DNA of 64,000 nt, taken from the NCBI GenBank assembly GCA_018897195.1, contig JAHILH010000005.1, positions 128,745 to 192,744 of the forward strand, in the 5' to 3' direction. Position numbers and translations under genes: made by a program. This DNA is from Patescibacteria group bacterium. Its GTDB lineage: Bacteria > Patescibacteriota > Patescibacteriia > Patescibacteriales > UBA12075. Numbering within the stretch: the stretch's first letter is position 1; the number at the start of each line of letters is the position of its first letter. This document shows, one piece after another, positions 1 through 10,371 of the stretch. The notes under the pieces are model-generated. The model saw only the letters and a program-made list of their open reading frames with translations. It was not told the origin of the DNA and searched no databases.

Positions 1-1
1 C

Positions 2-1576
2 GGTGTTAAGGTGGCCGACTTGTCTATTTCCGACGTCAGTGGCATGCCCTTGGGCGAGGCAAAAACTTTTTTCGAGACCTTGAGCGAATCAACTACCCTA
101 TCCGCCCGTGACAAGAAAATTTCGGTGCAGATTTTCAAAGAAATTATCTCTCGTTTAGAATTTTTACTTAACGTTGGTTTGAGTTATCTAACATTAGATC
201 GTTCCGCCAATACTCTATCCGGCGGTGAAGCCCAACGCATCAGATTAGCCAATCAAATCGGCACAAAACTAGTTGGTGTCTTATATATTCTCGACGAACC
301 ATCAATCGGTCTCCACCAACGAGACAACCAAAAATTGATTCAAACCATCAAAAACCTACGTGATATCGGTAACACCATCATCGTGGTCGAACACGATGAA
401 GATACTATGGAAGCTTCTGACTGGCTCATCGACATCGGACCTGGCGCTGGCGTTCACGGTGGCGAAGTAATGGCGCAAGGCACACCGGCCGAAGTCATGG
501 CCAACCCCAATTCCATCACTGGCCAATACTTATCTGGCAAAAAATCTATTCCCGGACCAAAAACTTATCGCCCAGGCAATAAAATGGCCATCAAAATCAC
601 CGGCGCGCGCGAACACAATCTTAAAAATATAGATGTCAGTTTTCCATTAGGTAAATTTATTGCTATCACTGGTGTTTCCGGCTCAGGTAAATCAACCTTG
701 ATGACTGACATCCTAGCCACTGCCTTGAATAAAAAGTTCTACCGTGCCAAAGCCGAACCGGGAGCCCACACCAGCATCGAAGGTTTACAATATATTGATA
801 AAGTAATCAATATCGATCAATCCGCCATCGGCCGCACTCCCCGCTCCAACCCAGCGACTTACACCGGCGCCTTCACTCCAATCAGAGATTTATTTGCGAG
901 CCTACCCGAAGCCAAAATCAAAGGCTACAAAGCTGGTCGCTTCTCCTTCAACGTCACTGGTGGCCGCTGCGAAGCTTGCGCCGGCGATGGCATGGTCAAA
1001 ATCGAAATGCAATTCCTGCCTGATGTTTACGTCGAATGCGATGTTTGCCATGGACACAGATACAACAAAGAAGCCTTAAGCATCGAATACAAGGGCAAGA
1101 ATATTTCCGATGTCCTTAATATGACCATCGAAGAAGGCATGCGCTTCTTCAAAAATATTCCCGCGATTCACCAAAAATTAGCGACACTAAATGAAGTCGG
1201 ACTTGGTTATATTAAATTAGGACAATCAGCCACCACTCTGTCTGGTGGTGAAGCCCAACGCGTGAAGCTCTCCACTGAGTTAGCCCGCCGCTCAACCGGC
1301 AAGACTTTATATATTCTCGATGAGCCCACTACCGGTCTTCACTTTGACGATATCAAAAGATTATTAGAAGTTCTAAATAAATTAGTTGACAAGGGCAACA
1401 CCGTCCTCGTCATCGAACACAATCTCGATGTTATCAAATCTGTTGACTGGGTCATCGACATGGGTCCGGAAGGTGGCAACAAAGGTGGCTACATCGTCGC
1501 CCAAGGCACGCCGGTTGACGTGACGAAAGTGAAAGAGAGTTATACGGGACAATATTTGAAAAAGGTCATCAAGTAA
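2..1576 (+). CDS. uvrA: Excinuclease ABC subunit A, C-terminal part (gene starts before the window)
   Basis: Two [11 protein letters not shown] signatures, Walker A GVSGSGKS, Zn finger CEACAGDG...[12 protein letters not shown]. Confidence 0.97.
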   Translation, partial: GVKVADLSISDVSGMPLGEAKTFFETLSESTTLSARDKKISVQIFKEIISRLEFLLNVGLSYLTLDRSANTLSGGEAQRIRLANQIGTKLVGVLYILDEPSIGLHQRDNQKLIQTIKNLRDIGNTIIVVEHDEDTMEASDWLIDIGPGAGVHGGEVMAQGTPAEVMANPNSITGQYLSGKKSIPGPKTYRPGNKMAIKITGAREHNLKNIDVSFPLGKFIAITGVSGSGKSTLMTDILATALNKKFYRAKAEPGAHTSIEGLQYIDKVINIDQSAIGRTPRSNPATYTGAFTPIRDLFASLPEAKIKGYKAGRFSFNVTGGRCEACAGDGMVKIEMQFLPDVYVECDVCHGHRYNKEALSIEYKGKNISDVLNMTIEEGMRFFKNIPAIHQKLATLNEVGLGYIKLGQSATTLSGGEAQRVKLSTELARRSTGKTLYILDEPTTGLHFDDIKRLLEVLNKLVDKGNTVLVIEHNLDVIKSVDWVIDMGPEGGNKGGYIVAQGTPVDVTKVKESYTGQYLKKVIK

Positions 1577-1578
1577 TT

Positions 1579-1637
1579 CCCTCTCCTTGCCAGGAGAGGG
1601 TTAGGGTGAGGTAGATTTTCGGCGAGGGAGAAATCTA
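1579..1637. repeat. REP-like palindrome, family A (composite, internally deleted)
   Basis: CCCTCTCC-ttgcca-GGAGAGGG-ttAGGGTGAGG followed by tagattttcgg..cgagggag, as at 37551-37638. Confidence 0.8.
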
Positions 1638-1700
1638 ATCCTCTACTTATATAATAAAAAGCGCGATTTCCCAGTCGCACTTTTTTGTTGGCAATTTTGC

Positions 1701-1748
1701 AAAAAAAAGAAGGCTATATGAGATTTTCGAAAAAATCTCATATAGCCT
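1701..1748 (-). terminator. Intrinsic terminator closing the 1700-2180 transcript
   Basis: 17-bp perfect stem AGGCTATATGAGATTTT/AAAATCTCATATAGCCT followed by a U tract on the minus strand. Confidence 0.8.
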
Positions 1749-1985
1749 CTTGCAAACGGAAATCGTGTTTTAGTTACCGGTGTTGAGTTTTTTGTCAACA
1801 CCTAGCCAAAGGTACTTCGGCCACGCATGCGGAATTTTCCGGTCATTTTTTTTGGCCTCTTGGTGGGCTCTTGTCCAAAATGGACGTGTATGTTTTTTCC
1901 GGCCCCCTCACTACTCGGTCAGCTGTACTAAAACACATTCTTACTACTGGGGCCGAGTTCTTCATGTCGGCCAGGCGGTTGCCGA

Positions 1986-2090
1986 TCAGCCGGCGACGCA
2001 GGTCAGGGCGGTGCGAGTCAGAGCATCATCAATAAGGGCGCACTTGGCGCTTGCGGTTACGACTACGGGCTTTCCTTTGTTTCGGGGCAT
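1986..2090 (-). CDS. Small ORF, 34 aa (MPRNKGKPVVV...CVAG), inside a GC-rich structured transcript
   Basis: AGGAGG Shine-Dalgarno just upstream of the ATG and a consensus promoter at 2187-2215. Confidence 0.4.
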   Translation of the reverse strand: MPRNKGKPVVVTASAKCALIDDALTRTALTCVAG

Positions 2091-2186
2091 CGTTCGTCCT
2101 CCTGGTGAATTTTTACCGTTCCGGTCGTCGGCACGGTTACTGCATTCTACTTCTTTTTTATTGTCAAAAATCAACTTCGTAAAAAC

Positions 2187-2215
2187 ATCATAGCACACAA
2201 CAAAAAACTTGTCAA
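2187..2215 (-). promoter_or_regulatory. Sigma70-type promoter
   Basis: TTGACA-17 bp-TATGAT with extended TGn. Confidence 0.7.
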
Positions 2216-2273
2216 GCCTTTCGGCGACAAGTTTTATTTTTGTATCTAATATTAGGATAATTTATCAAACTTT

Positions 2274-2310
2274 CCCCTCACCCCGACCCTCTCCCGCCGG
2301 GGCGAGGGAG
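2274..2310. repeat. REP-like palindrome, family A
   Basis: CCCCTCACCCCGACCCTCTCCCGCCGGGGCGAGGGAG. Confidence 0.85.
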
Positions 2311-2325
2311 ATTACTTATTCTCTT

Positions 2326-2880
2326 TTAATTTTCTTCCCCAAACACTTCCGCCTCAAATACTTCAATCACCGCCTCCGAATCTTTATAACAATCCTTTCC
2401 TAGTCCAGCTTTCTGTTTACACAATTCTTCCAAAAATTTCTTCCGACCCCAACCCGTTTCCGTGGCTACTTGGGGCAAAAACAGACCGGCGCAAGTGCCT
2501 TTACGAATTATCACGCCATGTTTACCTAGTTCAATCTTTTTCCAATCAGCAATTCTGGTCGGCGCAGATAAAACACTAACTTCATAATGCAACTCTACTA
2601 ACTCATCGACTGCCACTGGATCAAAACGTGAATCTTCGCAACAAGCCGCCATCGCCATCTCGCTCACAACACGCCAAAGCGGTTTTTCTGAGGCAATAAT
2701 TTGACCGATGCAGCCGCGCAATTTTCCATTTTTTGACAATGTTACAAAAGCCCCCTTCCATTCCTTCAAACCTTCATCGGTGATTTTAAATTCAGCCACC
2801 TTACCATCACGCACCAAGCTCTCAGCCGACGCGCGCGCAATTCGTAATAATTCTTTTTTTTGAGTTTTATTTAATTTCAT
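2326..2880 (-). CDS. AMMECR1 family protein (AmmeMemoRadiSam protein A type)
   Basis: GAFVTL..GKLRGCIG, D.RF.PV..EL, EVSVLS, G.HGVII, FLPQVA.E.GW, LC.QKAG motifs. Confidence 0.92.
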   Translation of the reverse strand: MKLNKTQKKELLRIARASAESLVRDGKVAEFKITDEGLKEWKGAFVTLSKNGKLRGCIGQIIASEKPLWRVVSEMAMAACCEDSRFDPVAVDELVELHYEVSVLSAPTRIADWKKIELGKHGVIIRKGTCAGLFLPQVATETGWGRKKFLEELCKQKAGLGKDCYKDSEAVIEVFEAEVFGEEN

Positions 2881-2905
2881 ATCCGTCGTCTATTTTCCTA
2901 AACGC

Positions 2906-2941
2906 CCCCTCACCCCAACCCTCTCCCGCGGGGCGAGGGAG
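2906..2941. repeat. REP-like palindrome, family A
   Basis: CCCCTCACCCCAACCCTCTCCCGCGGGGCGAGGGAG. Confidence 0.85.
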
Positions 2942-2944
2942 ACT

Positions 2945-3436
2945 TTAAATTTGTTCCAAAATTTTCAATTCAAATGTCCCAGTCTCTATTTCCCAATAAG
3001 CAAAGGTGGCCATAAAGAAGTTACCCCCCAGTGTTCCCGGATTTATATATTGAGTATTGCCTTTTTTTTGAATATGCGGTCGATGCGTGTGCCCGTAAAA
3101 AACTAAGTTACAAGTGCACATTTCTTCCGTTTGACTAAAAAATTCCGGCTCATGGCACATGCCAATATTAAATCCCTCCAATACAAACTTACCAAAACGA
3201 CCATGGTCGGTATAATTTTTATAATATTCCAATTCCTCTTCATAATAAATATCCGCATTACCTCGGATAATGTGGATATTATTTTTGAAACCTTCTGATA
3301 AATATTTTATTGTTTCACTATTAGCTACATCACCACAACAAATAAGCTGATCGATGGTATTGTCACGGCACCACTGCAAACATTTTTCGAGATTAGGGAT
3401 ATTGTCGTGAATGTCGGAGATGATGACTATTTTCAT
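2945..3436 (-). CDS. YfcE/Vps29-like metallophosphoesterase
   Basis: SDIHDN, CGD, RGNAD, GHTH, NPGT calcineurin-like motifs; likely start MKIVII at 3436. Confidence 0.88.
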   Translation of the reverse strand: MKIVIISDIHDNIPNLEKCLQWCRDNTIDQLICCGDVANSETIKYLSEGFKNNIHIIRGNADIYYEEELEYYKNYTDHGRFGKFVLEGFNIGMCHEPEFFSQTEEMCTCNLVFYGHTHRPHIQKKGNTQYINPGTLGGNFFMATFAYWEIETGTFELKILEQI

Positions 3437-3493
3437 GTGGCATATAACCCGAATCCGCCGTGGCGGATCCAAATATTACAAATAATTATGTGA

Positions 3494-4063
3494 CTATTTT
3501 CTAAGATTAACTTCGTAGGCAACTTGCTCAATTTTGCGCAGATTACCTTTTGCTTGATCATATTTTGTTCGCAAATAACCAGTCATGTCAAATTCTACCA
3601 ATTCGGCCATAATGTCATTAATAATATTTTTAATCTTATCGACTTCTTTAAAATTACCCTTAGCCGCCTCATTTACTGCACGTCGCACCAGCTCACCAGT
3701 GGTGTCACAAATGCCGCCTAAGTAGCTATCATATTTTATACTTAATCCCTTGATCTTGTCAATCTTATCACCGGAAATAATCAAGTAGTACATTTTGGCC
3801 TCCACATACTCCTCCATCCCCGCCTTATATGATCCTTCCTCTAGTAATCTAGTAAAGCTAAACTTTTTTTCCAAATTCGCCAAGATTTTTTCAATCTCAG
3901 TTAAGCTCTCATTAGCTTTCTTCATATCACCACGATGCATTGAAAAAATTGCTCGCTTTGAATCATGTAAAACCACATTGGCTAAAGCAATAATTTGTCT
4001 GCGCTGACTATTCTGATCATCATATTCTTTTTTTAACTTCTGAATGAATTTCTTGTTTATCAT
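3494..4063 (-). CDS. Translin/TRAX (C3PO-like) family protein
   Basis: Helical sequence pattern; SK.AIF..HR, EEYVEA and YLGGICDTTGELVR match translin/TRAX conserved blocks. Confidence 0.8.
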   Translation of the reverse strand: MINKKFIQKLKKEYDDQNSQRRQIIALANVVLHDSKRAIFSMHRGDMKKANESLTEIEKILANLEKKFSFTRLLEEGSYKAGMEEYVEAKMYYLIISGDKIDKIKGLSIKYDSYLGGICDTTGELVRRAVNEAAKGNFKEVDKIKNIINDIMAELVEFDMTGYLRTKYDQAKGNLRKIEQVAYEVNLRK

Positions 4064-4087
4064 TTTCTTATATCTTAAATAAATTAA

Positions 4088-7000
4088 TTATCGTGCCACA
4101 CGCAAAACCTCCTCTACCGTTGTCTCGCCTTCTAGCGCCTTAAGAATACCATCTTGAATCATCAAGACCGTTCCATTTTTAACAGCGTTCTCTTCAATGT
4201 CAGCATTAGTCACATTATCAATTTGAATAATTTTTTGCATTTCGTCATCCATGCTAATCGCCTCATAAATACCAATTCTACCCTTATAGCCAATCCCACT
4301 ACACTCAGGACAGCCCTCACCTTTATAAAATTTCAACTCAGTCGGAATCTGAATATTTAAATCCTTATTAATACCAGCCAAAATATTCTGAACTTCTTTC
4401 AAAAGAACTTCATCTAACTCAATTTCTTTTTTGCATTTTTGACAAACCCTGCGCACTAATCTTTGACCAATGGAACACTCCATGGAGCTGGCTAAGGCTT
4501 GGCGATCCATGCCCAAGCCGACAAAACGAGCAATCGCACCCGCGGCACTATTGGCATGGATCGTGGACAAAACTAAATGTCCAGTCAAGCTGGCCTCAAT
4601 AGCCACCTTGGCTGTTTCTGCATCCCTGATTTCTCCCACCATGATAATATTTGGATTTTGGCGCATAAATGACCGAATTGCCATCCCAAAAGTATAACCA
4701 CCAGCACTATCAATTTGAGTCTGCAAAATGCCATTCAAGTGATATTCAATCGGATCTTCAATGGTCATAATTTTCACATCAGGACTATTTAATTTATTCA
4801 AAGCACTATATAATGTTGTTGTCTTACCAGATCCAGTCGGACCAGTGGTGATAACAATGCCCTTACTCTTGTGAATTGCCTTATTAATCTTTTCTAATGA
4901 ATATGGCCTAATACCCAAATCTTCCATTTTTAATTCAGCTGCTTGGCTAGTCAACATTCTAATTACAACTGTTTCACCATAGGCACCAGAAATTATCGAC
5001 AAACGACAGTCAATATTTTTTGAATTGAACGTAATACTAAAACGTCCATCGATGGTTGGTTGCTTAATATTTGTAGCAATACCAGCTGTTGATTTTATTT
5101 TAGATAAAATTTGAATATAATTCTCCTTTGTTACATCAGAAACATCGGACAAAATACCATCAATTCTAAAACGCACCTTAACGCCGTTTTCTATCGGCTC
5201 GATATGAATATCACCTGCCTCCACCTTTATCGCTAAAGCTAAAATGTAATTTAACATCTCGCCAGAAGAGGAGTTTTTGATAATACCCCCTGACTTTAGA
5301 ATATCGCTAGACACTCCGCCCATTTTTATCAATGTCTCGTCTGACAAAACAAAGCCCCGTCCAAGTGTCTTGGATACAACTACGTCATACAAGGCATCAA
5401 CATATTCAAACTTGCCAATCACACGATAAACTTCTTCCAAACTAGTAACACCGTCCATACACTTCAAAACTCCGTCTTGCAACATCGTCACCATTCCATT
5501 CTCAATCGCCTGATACAATATCTTAAACGCCGGCGCCCCATTATCAGCCAGTTCCTTAACATCATCACTCATAGTCAAGATTTCATAAATACCTATTCGC
5601 CCCTTATAGCCTGTCCCGCCACATTTCTCACAACCAGCTCCCGCCTTAAAAATCTTTGGCAATTCGTTGGGAATATTCACTTCCGCTTTCGGAGATATTA
5701 CCGCTAATATTTTTTGTACCAATTGCTTCTCTTCCGCCGTTAAGACATGTTCAACTTTGCAATTATTACAGACCTTTCTAATCAATCTTTGTCCGATTAA
5801 AGCATTAATAGATGGCGTCAAAAAATAAGATTTAACTCCCATGTCAATCAAGCGTGGAATTACACCGGCTGCGTCATTAGTGTGCAAGGTCGACAGAACC
5901 AAATGCCCGGTCAAGCTCGCCTGAATGGCAATCTCAGCTGTTTCTAAATCACGAATTTCTCCAACCATCACCACATCCGGATCTTGACGCAAAACCGAAC
6001 GAAGACCATTTGCAAAAGTATAACCCTTCTTTTCATCAATCTGACTTTGGTTAATACCCTTCAATTGATATTCAATCGGATTTTCCAAGGTAATAATCTT
6101 TGTATTCTCTGTATTTAAAGTATTTAAAATCGCGTACAAGGAAGTTGTCTTACCAGAGCCAGTCGGACCAGTAGTCAAAATCATTCCATTCGGCTTGACC
6201 ATTTCTTTTTTTAAAATTTCAAACTCACGCGCACGTAAGCCTAATTGCTCAAAACCAAGCGTAACTGAATCAGAAAACAACAAACGCATTACCACGCTCT
6301 CTCCATAAGACGTTGGCAAAAAAGAAGCACGTACGTCTATCTTTTTTTCATTCAAAAAAATCGTAAACCGTCCATCCTGTGGTTTGTTTTCAATATTTAT
6401 TTTCACCTTTGCCAATAACTTCATTCTAGAAATTATCTTTTTCCATTTATCCTTATCAATCACCGCTGCATCATGCAACACCCCGTCAATTCTATAACGA
6501 ATCACAATGCCTTTTTCTTCTGCCTCAATGTGAATATCACTGGAGTTCATTTTTATCGAAGCTGCTAAAATTAAAGTAACAACATCAGAAATATTTACTT
6601 CATTGATTTTTTTATCTAAACTTTTATAATCATTTATCTCTTGTTCGAATTTTTCTACATCCGCACCCTTAATTTCTACACCATTAACTAATTTTTTTAT
6701 TTTAGGCAAGCTGGCATATTGCTTTAAAGCATAAATCAAACTATTATCAGAAATCAAATAAATCGCCCCTTTACTATATTTTTCTGCACAGATTTCTTCC
6801 ATTTTTTTAAGTACTACCGGATTGTCAGGATTGGTTGCAGCAATGCGGATATTTTCACCATCATAAAAAAAACAAACTATCTTTTCTTGGATAGCTATTT
6901 TCTCGTCAATCAGGCTCAAGGCCTCGGCACTGATTGGAAAACCGAAGAGATTAATGTAGGGCACGCCAAGACCGACGGCCATCTGTTCCGCGACTCTTTC

Positions 7001-7111
7001 TTTTTCTTTTATTTTCATCCCTTTTTGTTTCTTAGCAAAGACACCCTCTGTGCTATCTTCGTCAACAAAACCACCGCTCGATGATGAAATTAAATCTTCA
7101 ATTGATTGCAT
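4088..7111 (-). CDS. PilB/GspE-type pilus assembly ATPase with two tandem ATPase domains
   Basis: Two copies each of DIHIE, GPTGSGKTT, E.PIEY, RQ.P....VGEIRD, SLTGHLVLST and CxxC...CxxC. Confidence 0.9.
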   Translation of the reverse strand: MQSIEDLISSSSGGFVDEDSTEGVFAKKQKGMKIKEKERVAEQMAVGLGVPYINLFGFPISAEALSLIDEKIAIQEKIVCFFYDGENIRIAATNPDNPVVLKKMEEICAEKYSKGAIYLISDNSLIYALKQYASLPKIKKLVNGVEIKGADVEKFEQEINDYKSLDKKINEVNISDVVTLILAASIKMNSSDIHIEAEEKGIVIRYRIDGVLHDAAVIDKDKWKKIISRMKLLAKVKINIENKPQDGRFTIFLNEKKIDVRASFLPTSYGESVVMRLLFSDSVTLGFEQLGLRAREFEILKKEMVKPNGMILTTGPTGSGKTTSLYAILNTLNTENTKIITLENPIEYQLKGINQSQIDEKKGYTFANGLRSVLRQDPDVVMVGEIRDLETAEIAIQASLTGHLVLSTLHTNDAAGVIPRLIDMGVKSYFLTPSINALIGQRLIRKVCNNCKVEHVLTAEEKQLVQKILAVISPKAEVNIPNELPKIFKAGAGCEKCGGTGYKGRIGIYEILTMSDDVKELADNGAPAFKILYQAIENGMVTMLQDGVLKCMDGVTSLEEVYRVIGKFEYVDALYDVVVSKTLGRGFVLSDETLIKMGGVSSDILKSGGIIKNSSSGEMLNYILALAIKVEAGDIHIEPIENGVKVRFRIDGILSDVSDVTKENYIQILSKIKSTAGIATNIKQPTIDGRFSITFNSKNIDCRLSIISGAYGETVVIRMLTSQAAELKMEDLGIRPYSLEKINKAIHKSKGIVITTGPTGSGKTTTLYSALNKLNSPDVKIMTIEDPIEYHLNGILQTQIDSAGGYTFGMAIRSFMRQNPNIIMVGEIRDAETAKVAIEASLTGHLVLSTIHANSAAGAIARFVGLGMDRQALASSMECSIGQRLVRRVCQKCKKEIELDEVLLKEVQNILAGINKDLNIQIPTELKFYKGEGCPECSGIGYKGRIGIYEAISMDDEMQKIIQIDNVTNADIEENAVKNGTVLMIQDGILKALEGETTVEEVLRVAR

Positions 7112-7128
7112 ATTGTCTGATTAACTTA

Positions 7129-8106
7129 TTATCTCGTAAACATTCTCACTAATTTACTCTTTGCACCCTTGCCAATTAATTCGACGAACAAAGAAGTCCA
7201 AGCAGAAATCTGAAAAGTGGCCACTAATGAGCCGGTCACAATTAAAAAAGCAAAGAAGAAAATAATGCCCACACCGATAATAAACAAGAACATACCAGTC
7301 ATAGACAATCCTGAAGCCAAGAAAGCCAACAAGGCGAAAGGGGTCGCAAAAACTAAAACAACTATAATAAATAATAGCGCAATCACAATGTTCAAAAAAT
7401 ACAAGATGAACGCCATTTCTAAGCTAATCAACCAATTTTTTCTAAAAAGCTCCCAGCCAGATTTAAAGGCATTAACGAATTCAACATTATTAATTACGGA
7501 ATAACCAATACTATATTTCACGATAAACGAAAAAGACATTGCAACCGGAATAAACAATAAAATAACAAAAGTATAAACAATAAGAGACATGGTTGATCCC
7601 AAATTATTACCCATAACCACAATAAAAGAAATTATCGCCAATGAAATTATCGTAATAAGCTTGGAGACAAAATTAAAGCCAAAAACTGGCCAAAACTTTT
7701 TCATTCCACTCTCTAATGCCTCCCTAAAAGAAGTCTGCTTATTATCAATTTTTAATAAAGTATTATTAACCAAGGCAGCCTGCGAAACATTAACCAGCCA
7801 AATTACAAACGCAAACAAGGCTAAGAAAATAACTAGCACCAAAAGGGCCACAATCACTGAAATCGGCTGTGTGATTAACAAATTACCAAAATTGCGTAAT
7901 CCCTGCCAGGAAAAGACACCAGTCTGAGCAATCATCCTAAAGCCAGAAAAAAAGTCATTGTTAAAATTCCCAGATAAAGCTCGGAATAAAATTTCATACT
8001 CACCACCATTGCCCAATAAAGCTGCAAACAACCCAAAAAACCAAAGATACTTACTCTTCCAGGTAACATCCAGGGCTTGTTTTATAATTCCTCGATATAG
8101 TTGCAT
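7129..8106 (-). CDS. Multi-pass membrane protein of unknown function
   Basis: Several hydrophobic helices; LWFFGLFAAL motif; start inferred at MQLYRG. Confidence 0.75.
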   Translation of the reverse strand: MQLYRGIIKQALDVTWKSKYLWFFGLFAALLGNGGEYEILFRALSGNFNNDFFSGFRMIAQTGVFSWQGLRNFGNLLITQPISVIVALLVLVIFLALFAFVIWLVNVSQAALVNNTLLKIDNKQTSFREALESGMKKFWPVFGFNFVSKLITIISLAIISFIVVMGNNLGSTMSLIVYTFVILLFIPVAMSFSFIVKYSIGYSVINNVEFVNAFKSGWELFRKNWLISLEMAFILYFLNIVIALLFIIVVLVFATPFALLAFLASGLSMTGMFLFIIGVGIIFFFAFLIVTGSLVATFQISAWTSLFVELIGKGAKSKLVRMFTR

Positions 8107-8334
8107 AAATTTAAATTTGTAGAATTTGAATTTTTTAATAATCCACTTGCTCGCCAAGTGCGAGAATACTACAAAATAATAATGAAGTTAATTTATACAA
8201 TTATTATAACATATTATTTTATAAAAGCCAAAGACTTTTTGAGTATTTAATTTAGCTATAACAGATTCCGTAACTGCAAAAAACAAAAAACAGGAATAAC
8301 TAATTTGTATTCCTGTTTTAAATAATTAAATTCT

Positions 8335-9738
8335 CTATTTTAGGGCCTTTTTATACAATTCTATATACCTCTGGGCTGAATGATTCCAAGAAAAATCAGT
8401 TGTCATGCCAGTCCGTTGAATTTTTTTCCACTCATCACTATTGGAATATAAGGCTATTGCTCTTTTTAATGCATCTTTCAGGCCTTTTATCGTCATTGTC
8501 TCAAAAGAAAAGCCATTCATCTGACACCTTACATGCCTTGCCTCACATTCAAATACCGTATCCACCAAGCCACCGACTGCGCGCACGACGGGCACAGTCC
8601 CATAGCGCATCGCAATCATTTGGCCTAAACCACATGGCTCAAAGCGTGACGGCATCAAAAATATGTCCGAACCGGCATAAATAAGCTGGGCTAATTTTAT
8701 ATCAAATTTATTTTGTACACTAACCTTTTGTGGATATTGTTTTGCTAATTTTTTCAATAAGTCTTCGTATTTTTTATCACCAGTTCCTAAAAAAACAAAC
8801 TGACAATCAAGATTGATAATTTCCTCCGTAATTAATCCCAACCCCTTTTGTTCCACAAATCTTGAAATAAGCCCAACAAGGGGCTTGCTCGACATCTCAA
8901 GTCCAACCAATTCTTGAAGCTTTGTTTTGTTTATTTTCTTACCAGTCAAATTATCACTTGAATATTTTTTTGCAATCAATTTATCCTTGGCTGGGTTAAA
9001 GAAATCCATATCAATGCCGTTTAAAATACCAGATACTTTATTTTTATTTTTTAGCAAAAGTTTTTCAAGCCCAGCTCCGAATAGCTTTCCAAAAATTTCT
9101 TTGGAATATGTCGGACTCACCGTGTTTACTTGATTGGCATAGACAATACCCTTTTCCATAAAATTTAAAGTCTTCTCCCCTACATCACGATCCAGTCCAA
9201 TTAATTCTAAAACTTTTTGACTTGTCTTGCCTTGATATTGTAAATTATGAATAGTTAAAACTGTTTTGATGTTTTTAAAATATTCATAATTAGAGGATTT
9301 TAACAAAAGCGGTATCATGGAAGTGTGATAATCATGACAATGAATAATATCAGGCTGGAATTTTAAAACTGGCAAGACATACAGACTAGCCTGTGAGAAA
9401 AATAGATATCTCTCTGCATTGTCGTCGTGGATATAAACATCTTTTTTCCCAAAATATTTTGAGTACTCAATAAAATAAACCTTAACACTTTTAAAACTAG
9501 TTTCCCAGACATTAACTTTAACCATCTTGTCCGCAAAAGGCACGGCAATATTGGCAAATTTTTTTTGGATATTATATTTCTCCTTGTCAATTAAACCATA
9601 AAGAGGCATGACGATGCGCACATCGCAATTATTTTTTTTCAAAGCCATTGGCAAGCTTCCCAAAACATCTGCCAGACCACCTACTTTAGCAAATGGCGCC
9701 ATTTCCGCGGTCACCATTAAAATTTTTAATTTTTTCAT
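8335..9738 (-). CDS. glgA: Glycogen/starch synthase (GT5), copy 2
   Basis: KVGGLADV, HCHDYH, TIHNL.YQG, NGID, R...QKG, FEPCGLGQ. Confidence 0.93.
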   Translation of the reverse strand: MKKLKILMVTAEMAPFAKVGGLADVLGSLPMALKKNNCDVRIVMPLYGLIDKEKYNIQKKFANIAVPFADKMVKVNVWETSFKSVKVYFIEYSKYFGKKDVYIHDDNAERYLFFSQASLYVLPVLKFQPDIIHCHDYHTSMIPLLLKSSNYEYFKNIKTVLTIHNLQYQGKTSQKVLELIGLDRDVGEKTLNFMEKGIVYANQVNTVSPTYSKEIFGKLFGAGLEKLLLKNKNKVSGILNGIDMDFFNPAKDKLIAKKYSSDNLTGKKINKTKLQELVGLEMSSKPLVGLISRFVEQKGLGLITEEIINLDCQFVFLGTGDKKYEDLLKKLAKQYPQKVSVQNKFDIKLAQLIYAGSDIFLMPSRFEPCGLGQMIAMRYGTVPVVRAVGGLVDTVFECEARHVRCQMNGFSFETMTIKGLKDALKRAIALYSNSDEWKKIQRTGMTTDFSWNHSAQRYIELYKKALK

Positions 9739-9794
9739 AAAAGTAAATAACTAGGCGACCAGCTAACTGGGCAACCAGAATAATAAGTTAATTA

Positions 9795-10364
9795 TTATTG
9801 CTCCCCAATCCAATGTAAAATGTCTTGCACTAATTTATCATCGGGCAGGGTATTTGTTTCCACCACCAATGATGGCAGTCGAGACTCCTTAACAGCTTTT
9901 ATATATTTGTGTTGCTGTTCGATATACCAAGTGGCACTATGTAGAATATTTTTATAATTAGGATAAATATTCAAACGATCCTGAATTCTTTTTTCCAAAA
10001 TATTTTCATCCTCCGGAAATTTGATTAAAATTATTTTAAAATCTAAATTTTGCAAACGATCTTCCACCAGTGAATAATCCAGCTCTAAATTATTATAAAT
10101 CTGATTATAAACCTTGTCGGAAATATGCAATTTTTCTACGATTAAATTTTTTTCTCGCAGTTCTTCAAAGATGCCCAAATAGCCATCAATCACTTTTTGG
10201 CCATGTCCTGTTCCGTAAACTCCAATGTCGCAATTAAACCAATGACAACCATCCAAAATATTTTTATTTTGGTTATACTTTGGCTCCAAGTGATTATAAA
10301 CCTGGCTCATCAACCAGCTCTTACCAGCCAATTCCGCGCCTTCAAATATTAAATGTTGAGCCAT
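9795..10364 (-). CDS. P-loop NMP-kinase-like protein
   Basis: N-terminal LIFEGAELAGKS resembles the thymidylate-kinase P-loop; start inferred at MAQHL. Confidence 0.6.
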   Translation of the reverse strand: MAQHLIFEGAELAGKSWLMSQVYNHLEPKYNQNKNILDGCHWFNCDIGVYGTGHGQKVIDGYLGIFEELREKNLIVEKLHISDKVYNQIYNNLELDYSLVEDRLQNLDFKIILIKFPEDENILEKRIQDRLNIYPNYKNILHSATWYIEQQHKYIKAVKESRLPSLVVETNTLPDDKLVQDILHWIGEQ

Positions 10365-10371
10365 ATACAAT

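Noticed and set aside
1900..1990. UGA recoding (genetic code 25 or selenocysteine)
   Set aside because: Long conserved genes have no in-frame TGA, and readthrough of the small ORF meets further stops within a few codons
1700..2180. tmRNA, RNase P or SRP RNA identity for the structured transcript
   Set aside because: No tRNA-like T arm or CCA end, no GAGGAAAGTCC and no SRP helix-8 motif
1780..2193. 137-aa plus-strand ORF
   Set aside because: Promoter, SD and terminator all point to the minus strand; no protein motif
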